This document shows positions 51,970 through 64,000 of a DNA stretch of 64,000 nt, one piece after another. Positions within the stretch are counted from its first letter, which is position 1, and every line of letters begins with the position of its first letter. The DNA is taken from assembly GCA_951406725.2 (NCBI GenBank), contig OX597814.1:163618001-163682000 (forward strand), given 5' to 3'. The DNA is from Octopus vulgaris (taxonomy: Eukaryota). The translations under genes and the position numbers were made by a program. The notes under the pieces are model-generated. The model was given only the letters and a program-made list of their open reading frames with translations, did not search any database and was not told the DNA's origin.

Positions 51970-52183
51970 ATTGGATTCAAATTTTGGCACTAGGCCAGCA
52001 ATTTCGGGGAAGGAGTAAATCGATTACACCGATCCCAGTGATCAACTGGTTCTTGTTTTATCGATCCCAAAAGGATGAAAGGCAAAGTCGACCTCAACAG
52101 AATTTAAGCTTAGAATGTAAGCATGGATGAAATGCCTCTAAGCATTTCGCCCGGCATGCGAATGATTCTGCCAGCTCGTTGCC
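51970..52183 (-). mobile_element. SINE (Meta/MESC-like core)
   Basis: Full copy. Confidence 0.8.
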
Positions 52184-53484
52184 TTTTCTTTTCGAAATAT
52201 TAAAAACACTTTCAATATGGTGTGACTTCGTCGCCAACCAAAAGAAGAGGTGAGAAAAGGCTTTGAAAGGGAAATTGCTTTTCACCGTCAATTTCTCATC
52301 TCAAATTTTTCACACACACACGCACGCACGCCCCCCACTCACCACCACATACATACACAGTATTGTAGTATCAACAGTAATAAGAGCAGCAGCAGTTGTA
52401 ACAACAATAACAACAACAACAGCAGCAATGATCAAGAAAAAAACAAGACGAAAAAACAAATTTTCAAACAACACACCTGCAAATTCGCTCGCCGCTGCCA
52501 CCACCACCACCACCATTATAATGCCAACAGAAATACTCAAAACAACAAAAGTTACAAGTTCTGTGTTGGCAGTTTCGCCACTGTTGTGCGCTAGTCACGT
52601 GGAAGCATAAAATTATCTGGATGATTTTAAGAAGTTGGAGAATATGACACTGTAGAAATGAAATTCTCTACGAAGGACAAGGGTAGGAAACATTGAACAT
52701 GAACAATATGAAATGACGAACTGGATCTCATATCTATATAACTTGGCCACTGAGTGGTGAAAGCAGAAACTGGGATGTGCTCCTAGAAATAGTCATCTGC
52801 TGGTTGATGGCGACTGTCCTCCTGGCCATAAGAGAGAAACCCAACATCCTGCGGGTTCAGATTCTGCAGAAACATAACTGGTAGGGCAAAATGATGGGAG
52901 TTGTTAATCTAGACAGATCGAGAAAATGTCAAATCAATCTCAGACTAAATAAACCTGTTAGACGGCACAAAATTTGACGAGGTGGTTGAGAGCAGAAGGT
53001 CGAGGCGTTACCTGTTTTGTGCAGTGACACAAACTACCTCAAGGCTTTCTGCCCTATAACAAAGGAGAAAAGAGAGAGACTGCCACGACGACGACGACGA
53101 CGACCACACCACCACCACAGCAACAACAGCAGCAGCAGCAACAACAGCAGCAGTGAGAGTAGCAACAGTACAAACTGAGGCAAGTGGTCACAGAAGCAGG
53201 AATAAAACTAGCAGTCATGAAAACAGCAGTAACAGCAGCTGCAGCAATAGTTACTGCAGCTTCTACAGTAACAACAGCAGCAAAAACAACAGCATCAACA
53301 GTGGAAAAAAAGCAGCAACTAAAAGAACAGAAAACACACCAACATCAAGGGCCACTGCATCACAGATAGCAACCGCGACATCAAGCTTCAGAAACCTTCA
53401 AAATAACAACAATTTCATATAAAACCACCAAAAACCTCCTCTTAGACATGCTCCTCCTCGTTTCGGATCACTTAGACAGGTTGT

Positions 53485-53690
53485 TGTTGTTGTTGTTGTT
53501 AAGCAACAAGACGGGTAAGGGTTATTAGGTGATGGTCTAGGGCTTAGGGGCGGGAGACCCCAGACCTTGGGAAAAAAAACTTTGGTCGTCTTGTTGTAGT
53601 CGAGGGCTCTTCGTTGACGCCCGACACCACTGGGAGGTGGCCCTCGAAGTCGCTGGAAATGGAGATCACCAGGTCCAAATTTTTGAACGG
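53485..53690 (-). mobile_element. Short retroposed insert with (CAA)n tail and 16-bp TSD
   Basis: CACTTAGACAGGTTGT at 53469-53484 and 53691-53706. Confidence 0.8.
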
Positions 53691-55941
53691 CACTTAGACA
53701 GGTTGTATAATGAAGGAGACGGTGAGGTGACTAAAAGGCAAAAAGTTACCAAGGTAAAGCAGAAAGGAAAACGAAACACACCTACACAAAATGATATGAA
53801 CAAATGGCACATGTGAACAAAAGGAGGAGTGCCTTTGAGCAACAATACTCAAACACCACTCACAAAAGAAACTACACCAATACTGTCAACAACATCACCA
53901 CCATCACCGGTGATGATCTTATTGATTGAATAATAAAATAATTTTATTGATCTTTCGATTTCAAAGTTTTTAGATTTAATATCTATTAAAGGTAGAATTC
54001 CTATTAAATTTAATTCTAATCCTATTCATATTATTAATCAGTGAGAAGATGATAGAGATATAATTGTACCTATAACTATCATGACTAGCACAACATAATT
54101 CACACACACAATAGTTACGTCACACAACTTCAACACAAACAAAATTTAATTACTAACTACATTGTCATAAGCACAAGCAACAAAGCACTAATGAAGTATA
54201 TGCACAACCAAACAGACATCAATCAGAGCGATTTTATCATACGAACAAACACACTAATACGGATAAAAATCATCCAAACAACAAAAATACATACGACTCT
54301 ATAAACATCAACTATCCCAATAGGTTTCAGAAAAAATATCAAGAAAAGTTTCTATAAAGAACTGCTCGTGGAATCTAATCAGAGAGGTGGAATATCTATC
54401 CCACTGCACCCCCAAATCTCAATAAGTAGTTCTGTCCTTTTTCCTTCTTTCTCGTTGTTTAACATAGCCTTACTTAGAATAGTCAGTATAAATGCACGCT
54501 GACCCAGAGTCGCCTTGGAAACAGGGCCACCTACTCCACGATCTATGGTCTCTAAATATAGATGTTGTCTTCATCAGCGAGACCAGACTTTCAAATCGAC
54601 AAACTTTCATGCCTATTTTTAGTGGATGCAATATTTACTTGTCTCGTGTGTATAGGGAATGGGAAGTGAAACTGCAGTATTGTTCAGAAAATGACTGGAT
54701 CTCATAATAAGGACCATCTTCTTGGATTCAGAAGTTGGTGATCCTGGATGTGAACAGTAGCGACAAGAGTCCTTTCAGACAGGTAGCTACTTATGCTCGG
54801 ACAGGGGCAGCCGGATTTCTTTAGGCATCTGGGGGTTTTTCTCGGAAGTCCTGACCCTGATTAGAATGCCACCTTGGATTCACATTTGGATTGTATGTGT
54901 ACGGTGGCTGATAGAAGAGCTGGGTGCAAAAGCCTCGCAAACCTGCTTAGAGGTTTACAATTGTCTGACTGGTACCGACTGAATTTCCCGAATGTGCTTA
55001 AACCGCATCATGTAATCTAGGCCGTATCTACACAATGTATACTGTAGGCCACTTTTTTAAATCATCGGCTACACAGACTAGAAATTTCTGCTTTGTGCGG
55101 TCGACCTATCTAAGCTTCATAGCAGGGACCCGGTTATTGAAAGCTGAATGTCTTATTACCGGCGTGCCAAGCTTACAGAGACCGGATTAGCGAATTAGTT
55201 AAACGGGCATTGACGGAATCAGTCGCCAACAACAAATGGTAGCTTGCCCTGAAATAGACGGTTAGAGTGGAATCGATTAGGTTTAGTAATGTCGCAGCAA
55301 CAGAAATAAATAGAGAGATATTTTGTTAAAAACTTAGAAGCGGTGCTTAGGGAAAGCATCGAAACCGACATGCTCACAGTGTGATTGGCTCTCGATCAAC
55401 GTTAAGCACGAAAGAAAGTCACCCGATGTGCTTGTGTGACGGAAGCACAATTCGGTCTTTGTTGGAGCAAAATGGGAACATGCTACTCGAGCCCGAGAAG
55501 ATGTGTATGGCATTTCAGCAGCACTTCGCTCAACCGTTTGAGATAAATAGTGGATTGAAACGTAGGATGATTTCAGTACTTTCTCCGACAACCTGCTACG
55601 ACTCTCAGCAAGGGAAGTTGAGCGTTGCGAAAAGCCCAAACAGCCGGGAAAGTATGAGAATCGATGATCAGCTGCACGGGAGCTAATGGCCTGCCTTACC
55701 ACAGCAAGCTATGTGGCCACCTTTTTTTTGGCTGAGAAGGGTAGGCAGAGTTTATCCGCTCAATGGCCTTAGCGAAAGAGGTAGTGTGGTGGACCATATT
55801 GAAAGGGCTGAAGACAGACACTTTCCTCTTTGGTCAATCCCTCGTCAACTTTTTCAAGTTTCACTTGAAAAAGAAAGTGAGGATGGAGAGGGAAGTGTTG
55901 TCTTCCAGCAATTTTATAGAAAGGTGAGTAAATGTGGGAAG

Positions 55942-56574
55942 TGGCGACCAGACAATTTGCCGTAAACAAATTCGCGTAGGACAATTGGCCGTAGCACTAT
56001 TCGCCGTAAGACAATTCACCGAACGAATATTTCGCTGCAAGGAAATTTTGTCGTAAATCTTAGAAACTTGAAATTGCGTCGTTAATTAAATAAAGTAGAT
56101 AAAGGAATAGTATTTACGGCAGTCATTTTCGGTAATTGCTGAAATGATAATTTAAAAACAGAAAGGTCGTTTAAATCTGAGAAAGGTCATTTCTCAATGT
56201 CTTGAGAAATGAAGAATCTCTTTCTAAAAAGAAGGTAAACGGACCAGCAAGAGGAGAAACCGCAACCAAGAAAAAATACAAAGATGTTTATAAGCGCATA
56301 CCAAGCATTGTCAGGTGTTACGATCAAAATCAAAAACATTATTTGCGTGCAATTGCAATGAACTTAAATGATTCTTAGCTTTTTAGTTTTTTAGCTTAAC
56401 TTTTTAAATAAAGTGTATGATGTCCATTATTTTTATTTTTAGTTTTTATCCTTCTCTTATGCTTTACTACAAAATGTCCTTGCGGGGAAATATCTGTACG
56501 GTGATTGTCTTACGGTGATTGTCTTACGGCGAATAGTTTACGGCCAATCGTCCTACGGTAAAATACCTAGATCA
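55942..56574. mobile_element. Foldback/MULE-like element with modular long TIRs
   Basis: Subrepeats of about 15 bp (ACAATT..CCGTA / TACGG..ATTGT) at both ends; TSD GTGGGAAG; internal KKYKD...YLRAIAMNL remnant. Confidence 0.7.
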
Positions 56575-56863
56575 GTGGGAAGGATGGTTCGAGTGAACGG
56601 GCCTACTCTAAGCATGCACCTGTAGATTGAAGGAAGCAGACGAAGAGAGGGCAAGTTCCCTCTTCTAGTGTTAGAAGGTCAGAGCAACCGTGATTTAGTG
56701 GGTTTCCACGAATACCCCTAAGAAGTCATCCTCTTTGAGGGAATTATTCATTGTTGAAATTATTCTTACTGTTCTTTTATGGAACACTACATTCTATTGT
56801 TCTGCACCGCCCCCAATGTTTTGTGAATCCTTTAGTAATTAATAAAGAAAACATTATTGTTAA

Positions 56864-56902
<39 letters not shown>

Positions 56903-56903
56903 A

Positions 56904-56955
<52 letters not shown>

Positions 56956-57103
56956 CTGCTGCTGCTACTGCTGCTGCTACTGCTGCTGCTGCAGCTCCTC
57001 TTCCACCTGCCCCTCCTTCTCCTCCTCCTACTGCTGCTGCTCCCCCTCCCCTCCTCCTACTACCACCACCACCACCACCACCACCACCACCACCACCACC
57101 ACC

Positions 57104-57137
<34 letters not shown>

Positions 57138-57199
57138 TCACCACCACCACCACCACCACCACCACCACCACCACCACCACCACCACCACCACCACCACC

Positions 57200-57271
<72 letters not shown>

Positions 57272-57287
57272 GCTACTACTACTACTA
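56864..57287. repeat. Compound trinucleotide microsatellite (CTA/CTG/CCT/CCA)
   Basis: Directly visible. Confidence 0.97.
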
Positions 57288-57653
57288 TTTTTATAACATG
57301 ATTATAAATGCCAATATTTTCTATTCGGACAAATTGAAAGGTGTAAGTCAAGGAAGATACTGGGTTGAAACCGCTGATGTACGTGTTTATGCTTTCTGGT
57401 GTGCGTCTCCGCGTTAGGTATATATCTATCAGGCACAAAGTATACAGCCACTGTAAAGAAAGAACACGAAACGTGAAGCATTGTAAACATAGGCATAGGA
57501 GTGGCTGTGTGGTAAGTAGCTTGCTTACGAACCCATGGTTCCGGGTTCAGTCCCACTGCGTGGCACCTTGGGCAAGTGTCTTCTACTATAGCCTCGAGCC
57601 GACCAAAGCCTTGTGAGTGGATTTGGTAGACGGAAACAGAAAGAAGCCCTTCG

Positions 57654-57730
<77 letters not shown>

Positions 57731-57785
57731 AGTGAATTGAAGAAATGGAGTTGAACGAAGATTGAACAGAAATCGTTTTATTGCA

Positions 57786-57865
57786 TTCTACACGTGTTTC
57801 GAAAGCCACAATTTACCAAATTCCGATTGAATAAGGAGACCATATTATGTCTTTCTCTTCAGGAA
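57786..57865 (-). ncRNA. Hammerhead ribozyme motif (mirror copy)
   Basis: Reverse complement of 58149-58228. Confidence 0.6.
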
Positions 57866-58148
57866 GAAATAGGAATTCCGTTGGCAAAAACAAAAACAGA
57901 ACAGAGGCGCAGCAAAACAAATCGAACGAGGCTCCTAAGAGCCCATGGCCAAACTGTTTATCAATGTATGTTGAAATCGGGTGGTGGGAATGACCGCTGC
58001 CTGACCTGTTAAAATCTTCAACGCACCCACCACTCGATTTCAACATACATTGATAAACAGTTTGGCCATGGGCTCTTAGGAGCCTCGTTCGATTTGTTTT
58101 GCTGCGCCTCTGTTCTGTTTTTGTTTTTGCCAACGGAATTCCTATTTC

Positions 58149-58228
58149 TTCCTGAAGAGAAAGACACAATATGGTCTCCTTATTCAATCGGAATTTGGTA
58201 AATTGTGGCTTTCGAAACACGTGTAGAA
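58149..58228 (+). ncRNA. Minimal type I hammerhead ribozyme motif
   Basis: uuc CUGAAGA gaaag-a-cacaau..auugug-g-cuuuc GAAA c-acgu-g UA gaa; predicted cleavage after A58225. Confidence 0.65.
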
Positions 58229-58440
58229 TGCAATAAAACGATTTCTGTTCAATCTTCGTTCAACTCCATTTCTTCAATTCACTAATAATATTAAAATTCA
58301 ATTATCCGCACCAATGCACGGTTGCAACACCATATGGTTGTACCTCCAACCGTGCTGTCTTCCGCTGTGATTTTTGCTACCAAGGTATCGGTTAAACTTT
58401 TGATTAATCTGCAACAAGATTATTCATCTTTCTATTTCAC

Positions 58441-58482
<42 letters not shown>

Positions 58483-58590
58483 CCTGCTCGCTTAGCCAGC
58501 GGGGTGGCGTCATTCGAAGGCTAAAACAATGCGAACGCATTGTGACCAGCGATGTGTAACTACATCTGATGGACTGGTCGGTCACGTGAT

Positions 58591-58666
<76 letters not shown>

Positions 58667-59053
58667 GTTTGTGTGTCTGTTTTTGTCCCCCAAACATCGC
58701 TTGACAACCGATGCTGGTGTGTTTGCGTCCCCGTAACTTAGCGGTTCGGCAAAAGAGACCGATAGAATAAGTACTAGGCTTACAAAGTCCTGGGTCGATT
58801 TGCTTGACTAAAGTCGGTGCTCCAGCATGGTCACAGTCACATGACTGAAGCAAGTAAAATAGATTGGAATTGATAATTTTGGTTAAATTATAAAAGATGA
58901 TAATATGAAAAGTACAGAGGTATTTTGAAGTTAGGTTTCGGATACACCCGAAGGTATTATGATAGCAGTTTCTTTTATTACCGGAAAGGTAACTGGGGAT
59001 AAAGAGTAGGTTGAACTCTTTAACTTCAATGCACAGCATCCCTCATCGTGTCG

Positions 59054-59283
59054 GTGGCGAGCTGGCAGAACCGTTAGCACGCCGGGCGGAATGCGTAGCC
59101 GTATTTCGTCTGCCGTTACGTTCTGAGTTCAAGTTCCGCCGAGGTCGACTTTGCCTTTCATCCTTCCGGGGTCGATAAATTAAGTACCAGTTACGCACTG
59201 GGGTCGATGTAATCGACTTAATCCGTTTGTCTGTCCTTGTTTGTCCCCTCTGTGTTTAGCCCCTTGTGGGTAATAAAGAAACA
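59054..59283 (+). mobile_element. Young SINE (Meta/MESC-like core)
   Basis: Consensus-like copy with CpGs retained. Confidence 0.9.
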
Positions 59284-59287
59284 GATA

Positions 59288-60091
59288 TCGTACTATATAA
59301 CCACAGGCTTACTGCTATAGAAGGCCATTATTTCCAATTACTACCTGTAAGGGCTTTGGTATGAAAAGAAAGAATACTACGACTGACCGGAAGTCGAGGA
59401 GGCAAATTAAGGCATGAATGAGAAAACGAGAGATAAAACTTCTACGTAGGTAACGTTATGTAAACAGCCTAAGTAAACATTCTAATCAACAAATCAACGT
59501 GCTTAAGATTAACAATGGATCTTTGTGCCTTTCGTCACTGTTTACAATTTTGTTCCAATTGTTTTTAAATTTGGTATATGGGTTACGTTTTGTATACTAA
59601 CTATGAAAATGAAATTCATTTTTCCTATAAATACATAATTAAAAAAGTTATCAACTTTCAAAATTTGCAAAATTTGGTTATTTAAGCCAATCAGAAGCGA
59701 ATATTTAACAAATCATCGTGGCGAAAAACTCTGTTTCCATAGTAACCAAAGAGGAGAAGGAGATACGAGAAAAATAATCTTCTACTACAATAAATACCCT
59801 TGTGTTTTTCTCCGTCACAACATATGAATGAGAAAGGAAGGGGCGATAGAAGAATAAAGAAGGGGTGATGGCAAACTGATGGGATGGTGAACATTCAACG
59901 CTGAAAAGAAAAATCAAACAGCTTGTCAACTCTGTGTGAGTATATGTGTATAGTGTATATGAGTGTGCGTGTACAAGGGAAGTATGTGAATGAATGTGAA
60001 CATTGACGAGTGTATTAGTTTGATTTACCATCCATATTTATATATAAAATACTACAATTAGCTGTCATTTTGACGGCACGGGGCCAGCTAG
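59288..60091 (+). mobile_element. Non-autonomous Helitron (different family)
   Basis: A|TC start; hairpin GCTGTCA-TTT-TGACGGC 10 nt before CTAG|T. Confidence 0.6.
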
Positions 60092-60589
60092 TTTATTTTA
60101 TAAAATCCTAGAGTGTATTGCAAACTTTCGTTCTTGAATTTTTTAAACTAATAAATGTCTGTTTTAAACAATGTTTTGACTGTTATTTCTAGCAACTCCT
60201 GTTGGTTTGTTTGTTTGTAGCTTTCAAACATTTAATTTGCTCGCAAAAGTTTTAATGTTAACTTCATTCGTGTATATTTTAATGTTTTGACTGTTATTTC
60301 CAGCAATGTTTTGACATGCTGATGCTCCCCCACCCCCGATGAGGCAGCGAACGCGCTGTTTTCTGATTGGCTGAAAATTCTGAAAATGATCAAACTTTGA
60401 ACACCTGTAACATTTTCGCAAAATTTTTCTGGAATAAATAAATAACTAATTCGGATTCAGCGTCAAAAATTACATCTATATGATGCATTAAAATTTTTTT
60501 TAAAGATAATTGTAAACGGTGACGAAACCCACAAAGATCCATAACAATGTTACCATATGCTTCAAGTTTGCAACTCACTAGCTTGACAT

Positions 60590-61245
60590 AACTCCAGATT
60601 TACTTAACATGTCATTATGTAAAACGAGACAACACTTAAATTGTGTAATTAATCCTTTAGTATTAAAATCTTGTTTAATCCTGATACAAGTAAGATTATT
60701 AGTTACCTCAAAAATTCCTTTCTGTTATTTTTTTCTGAACGTTGCTATTTGTGTTGCAAACACGCTATATCCTAGTCTATTAGACTTGGATATAGTAACG
60801 CATCGTTGCTACATTAATCTGAAACTCACTAATCTAATCTAATTGTTATGCATTAGTAACTAGATTTATTACAAAAACTCAACCAAAATATACAAATAAT
60901 TACTCCTTACCGCTCCTGGTAGCCTCCAAATTCCTAGAGTAAATTCTGAACAATAAATATTCAAAGAAACTATAATTTGGAACGAAAATATTATCTATAT
61001 ATCTACGACAGTTGCCAAGAAGATCTAATTTCTTACTTTTCCACAAATTCCCAAGGGAACTAAATTCACAAGACGCTAACAAAGGACTACAATTATTCCC
61101 CATGAGAAGATCTCTAATTTATCAAAATACTTTATTCGCAAACGAGACTTATGAATTATCTAATACAGACTTAACTATTCTAACTTTTTTATATACAAGC
61201 AAACACATTGTATCTTATACTAGATATAAACCCCATTGAGTTCCC
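60590..61245 (-). mobile_element. Degenerate Penelope-like reverse transcriptase fragment
   Basis: MGNNCSPLLA and RRYIDNIF motifs (compare PMGxxxSPxxA and RYIDD); stop codons present. Confidence 0.65.
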
Positions 61246-61637
61246 CATCGATATATATATATATATATATATATTTATACCAAGTAAGTTAGGGGTTGTG
61301 GATCCAACCCTCTAAGGGATAATACTTATCCAATATACTCTTGGTATACTACCCAAATTATTAATACACAAGTATTTTTAATTGCAATGCAATAAACTTA
61401 CTTATTGTATTAAATGGGTGAAGGTAAAGAAATATTTTACCATTAATTTATACTACAAATAAGAAAACACATTAGTTGGTTTATCAAATTTAGGATATTA
61501 GAATGTTGCCTTATTTAATTATCAAAACTACAACCATAATACCATTCATATATACAGTATAAAATTCAATACATTTAGGAAAAGAATACAAGTAGTTATT
61601 AAAAAAAAACATTAATATAAATTGTTAGATTCATTAA

Positions 61638-61766
61638 AATCACTTACAGCTGTTTCAGCCTATGGAAAAAAGTAATTTTTTGTACCTATACTTGTCAATT
61701 ATATTGAAGTTGTAGGCATATAAAAATGGGGTACTTATATATATCCATAGGCCTCGTCAGAGATTA
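61638..61766 (-). ncRNA. Hammerhead ribozyme motif with a long loop II, in the pLTR upstream of the RT fragment
   Basis: cu CUGACGA ggccuaugga..(about 77 nt)..uccauaggcu GAAA c-agcu-g UA ag. Confidence 0.6.
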
Positions 61767-62049
61767 TAAAGTACTTTTAAAATATAAATATATACATGAA
61801 ACAGGATACACGTACAATTTAATATATATATATAAATATATATCCATATATACATACACATATATAAATACATAAGCAAATATATGCACCTGTACATGTA
61901 TATAAATACATAAATAGGCACAATTAAACATACGTACAAGCATATAGACAATTAATTATATACATATATATACATATATACTGGAACATACATATACATC
62001 GATATCCATCCATATCCATGAATACACATATAATATTTAATTATTACCA

Positions 62050-62062
62050 ATATTACTACTAC

Positions 62063-62150
<88 letters not shown>
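62050..62150. repeat. (TAA)n tail/target of the adjacent LINE
   Basis: Long (TTA)n directly after the element's 3' UTR. Confidence 0.9.
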
Positions 62151-62153
<3 letters not shown>

Positions 62154-62247
62154 TAGTTTTATTTTTATAGCGTGCTTTCACTTCACTACCGAGCGCAGCT
62201 CTGTGTGCCTTGGGTATGTACTGTGATTTGTTGTGATGCTCTGATGG

Positions 62248-64000
62248 TTATTGTATGGAAAGTGTTCTGCGTAGGATGTGTGCAGTGCCTAGTAGTGCAA
62301 TTTTCTGTATGTTATATGTGTTTGTAAGTCCTGGTGTTTTTGTTATGTATTTGTCTGAATATTTTTTTATCGTGCCTAATGCACTTACTATGATAGGAAT
62401 TGTTTCTGTTTTCAGGTTCCACATTCTAGTTACCTCTATTTCCAGGTCTTTGTATTTTGAGAGTTTCTCCATTTCTTTTAGAGACACGTTGTCATCTGCC
62501 GGTATTGATACATCAATTAGAAAGCATTTTTTTTCTTCATGATCTCTGACAACTATATCTGGTCTGTTGGTCTTAATTTCTCTATCTGTGTGTATCGGCA
62601 TATCCCAGAGTATGGTTGCTTTCTCGTTTTCTGTGACCTTTTCTGGTGTGTGCCTATACCATCTTTTTTCTGTTGTTATTCCATAATGTTGGCATTGCTT
62701 CCAATGTATGTAGGTTCCAACTCTGTCATGTCTTTGAATATATTCCTTCTTAGCCAGGACTGGGCAGCTAGAGATAATATGATTTATTGTTTCTTGTCCA
62801 TCTCCACATATTCTGCAGTTACTTGTAATATTTCTTTTCATTACATGCTTTTGGTAATTTCTGGTGGGGAGGCTTTGGTCTTGTGCTGCAATTAAAAATC
62901 CCTCTGTTTCTGCTTTGAGTCCTGAGCTTCTCAACCATTGCTGGGATTTTTCTTTGTCTATTTCTTTTGCGTTTAGTTTAGTGCAGTATTTACCATGAAG
63001 GGGCTTTTCTTGCCATCGTTTTATCATGGCTCGTTGCTGTTCTATTTTTAGTTTGGATTTCATTTGTTTTATAGCTTTTGTTGTTTCTTCATCATCTTCT
63101 TCTTCTTCTTTGTGTTTATTAGGTGGTATGATTTCTTGTTTGTATTTGTCAGCTTCCTTAAATACTGAGAACAGTTTTTTGTTTTGCTCGTGTTTTGCTG
63201 CTATCTGGATCAGTTTTCCTTCCTTCTGAAGTAGGTATTTTTGCAGTCCTATGGTGGTTATTTTATAGTAGTTTTCCAGCTGTATAAGGCCTCTACCACC
63301 TTCTATACGTTGTATATATAGTCTTTCTATGTCAGATTTTGGGTGATGCATCCTAGATCCTGTCAGTATTTTTCTTGTTTTCCTATCTATTTTGGACAGT
63401 TCATTTCGTGTCCAGTTAAGGATATTGTAGCTGTAACTTATAACTGGGACAGCTAAAGTGTTGATACCTATTATCTTGTTTTTAGCATTGAGCTCTGTTT
63501 TTAGTATTGATCTAACTCGTCTATAATATTCTTTTTTTATTTTCTCTTTCATTTGTGTGTGTTGTGTCTTATCTAGTTCATGGATTCCTAAGTATTTGTA
63601 AGTTTGGCTTTGGTCTAATTCTTTTATTTCATTAGTTTTATCTAGTGTGATGTTGTTACTCTTAACTAGTTTTCCTCTTTTCATGGTTACTTTGGCGCAT
63701 TTTTCTAATCCAAATTTCATATCTATTTCTTTGGTAAATCCATGAACTGTCTTTAATAGTGTTTCCAGCTGTTTGTCATTTGCAGCGTATAGTTTTAGGT
63801 CATCCATATATAAAAGGTGGCTGATCGTTTTGCCGTAACATTTATATCCGCATCCAGTTCTATTTAGCATATCAGATAGAGGTGACAGTGCCAAGCAGAA
63901 AAGGAGTGGAGAGAGCGTGTCTCCCTGGAATATTCCTCTTCTAATGGGAATGTCTTTGGTTTTCATGAGTCCCTCTTTTGTTTGGAGGTGTAGGACTGTT
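62248..64000 (-). mobile_element. R4/Dong-clade non-LTR retrotransposon, uninterrupted ORF (RT + CCHC + restriction-like endonuclease) running off the window
   Basis: RGIFQGDTLSPLLF, HLLYMDD, CRICG..ETINHIISSC, RHD, RPDIVV..IDVSIP..KLSKY; the frame stays open to 64000. Confidence 0.95.

Larger units (their letters stand above)
52600..56750 (+). mobile_element. Decayed near-full-length Tx1/L1-like LINE with nested insertions
   Basis: ORF1-like knuckle remnant near 52980-53055; APE motif LNIDVVFISETRL at 54492-54700; 3' end resembles 46040-46300. Confidence 0.6.
57723..58443 (+). mobile_element. Penelope-like pseudo-LTR with 266-bp inverted duplication
   Basis: Arms 57723-57988 and 58026-58291 with a 37-nt spacer; hammerhead motif and AATAAA in each arm; flanked by (TA)n. 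Confidence 0.7.
57491..58860 (+). mobile_element. tRNA-SINE whose (TA)n linker carries two inserts
   Basis: Head 57491-57655 and tail 58665-58860. Confidence 0.85.

Noticed and set aside
52250-53422. Low-complexity ORFs rich in Q/N/S/T
   Set aside because: Derived from CAA/CAG microsatellites; no splice or homology support.
56751-57438. Formin-like poly-Pro, poly-His or poly-Val proteins
   Set aside because: Translations of a compound microsatellite that is open in several frames.
57794-58220. Pair of identical-start ORFs (MFRKPQFTK...) on opposite strands
   Set aside because: A consequence of the palindrome; GTG starts and no recognisable domain.

Overview
AT-rich, repeat-dense animal genomic DNA, most likely an octopus or other cephalopod (inferred from the SINE families and microsatellite load). 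Three host genes are supported. (1) The last two coding exons of a theta-class glutathione S-transferase (+, 3135-4940). (2) A complete three-exon quinolinate phosphoribosyltransferase (QPRT)-like gene (-, 25818-10643, 319 aa), in which five normally invariant active-site residues are substituted although the ORF and splice sites are intact. (3) An intronless U11/U12 snRNP 48 kDa gene (SNRNP48; -, 33154-31859). The rest is mobile DNA: many tRNA-derived SINEs; RTE, CR1, Tx1/L1 and R4/Dong LINEs (one R4/Dong ORF is intact to the window edge); non-autonomous Helitrons, including a heterodimer present twice in inverted orientation; a Chapaev3-like transposase fossil; MITEs; and at least three Penelope-like remnants carrying minimal hammerhead-ribozyme motifs, one inside a near-perfect 266-bp palindrome. 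All assignments come from reading the sequence by eye; repeat boundaries are approximate unless a TSD is given.
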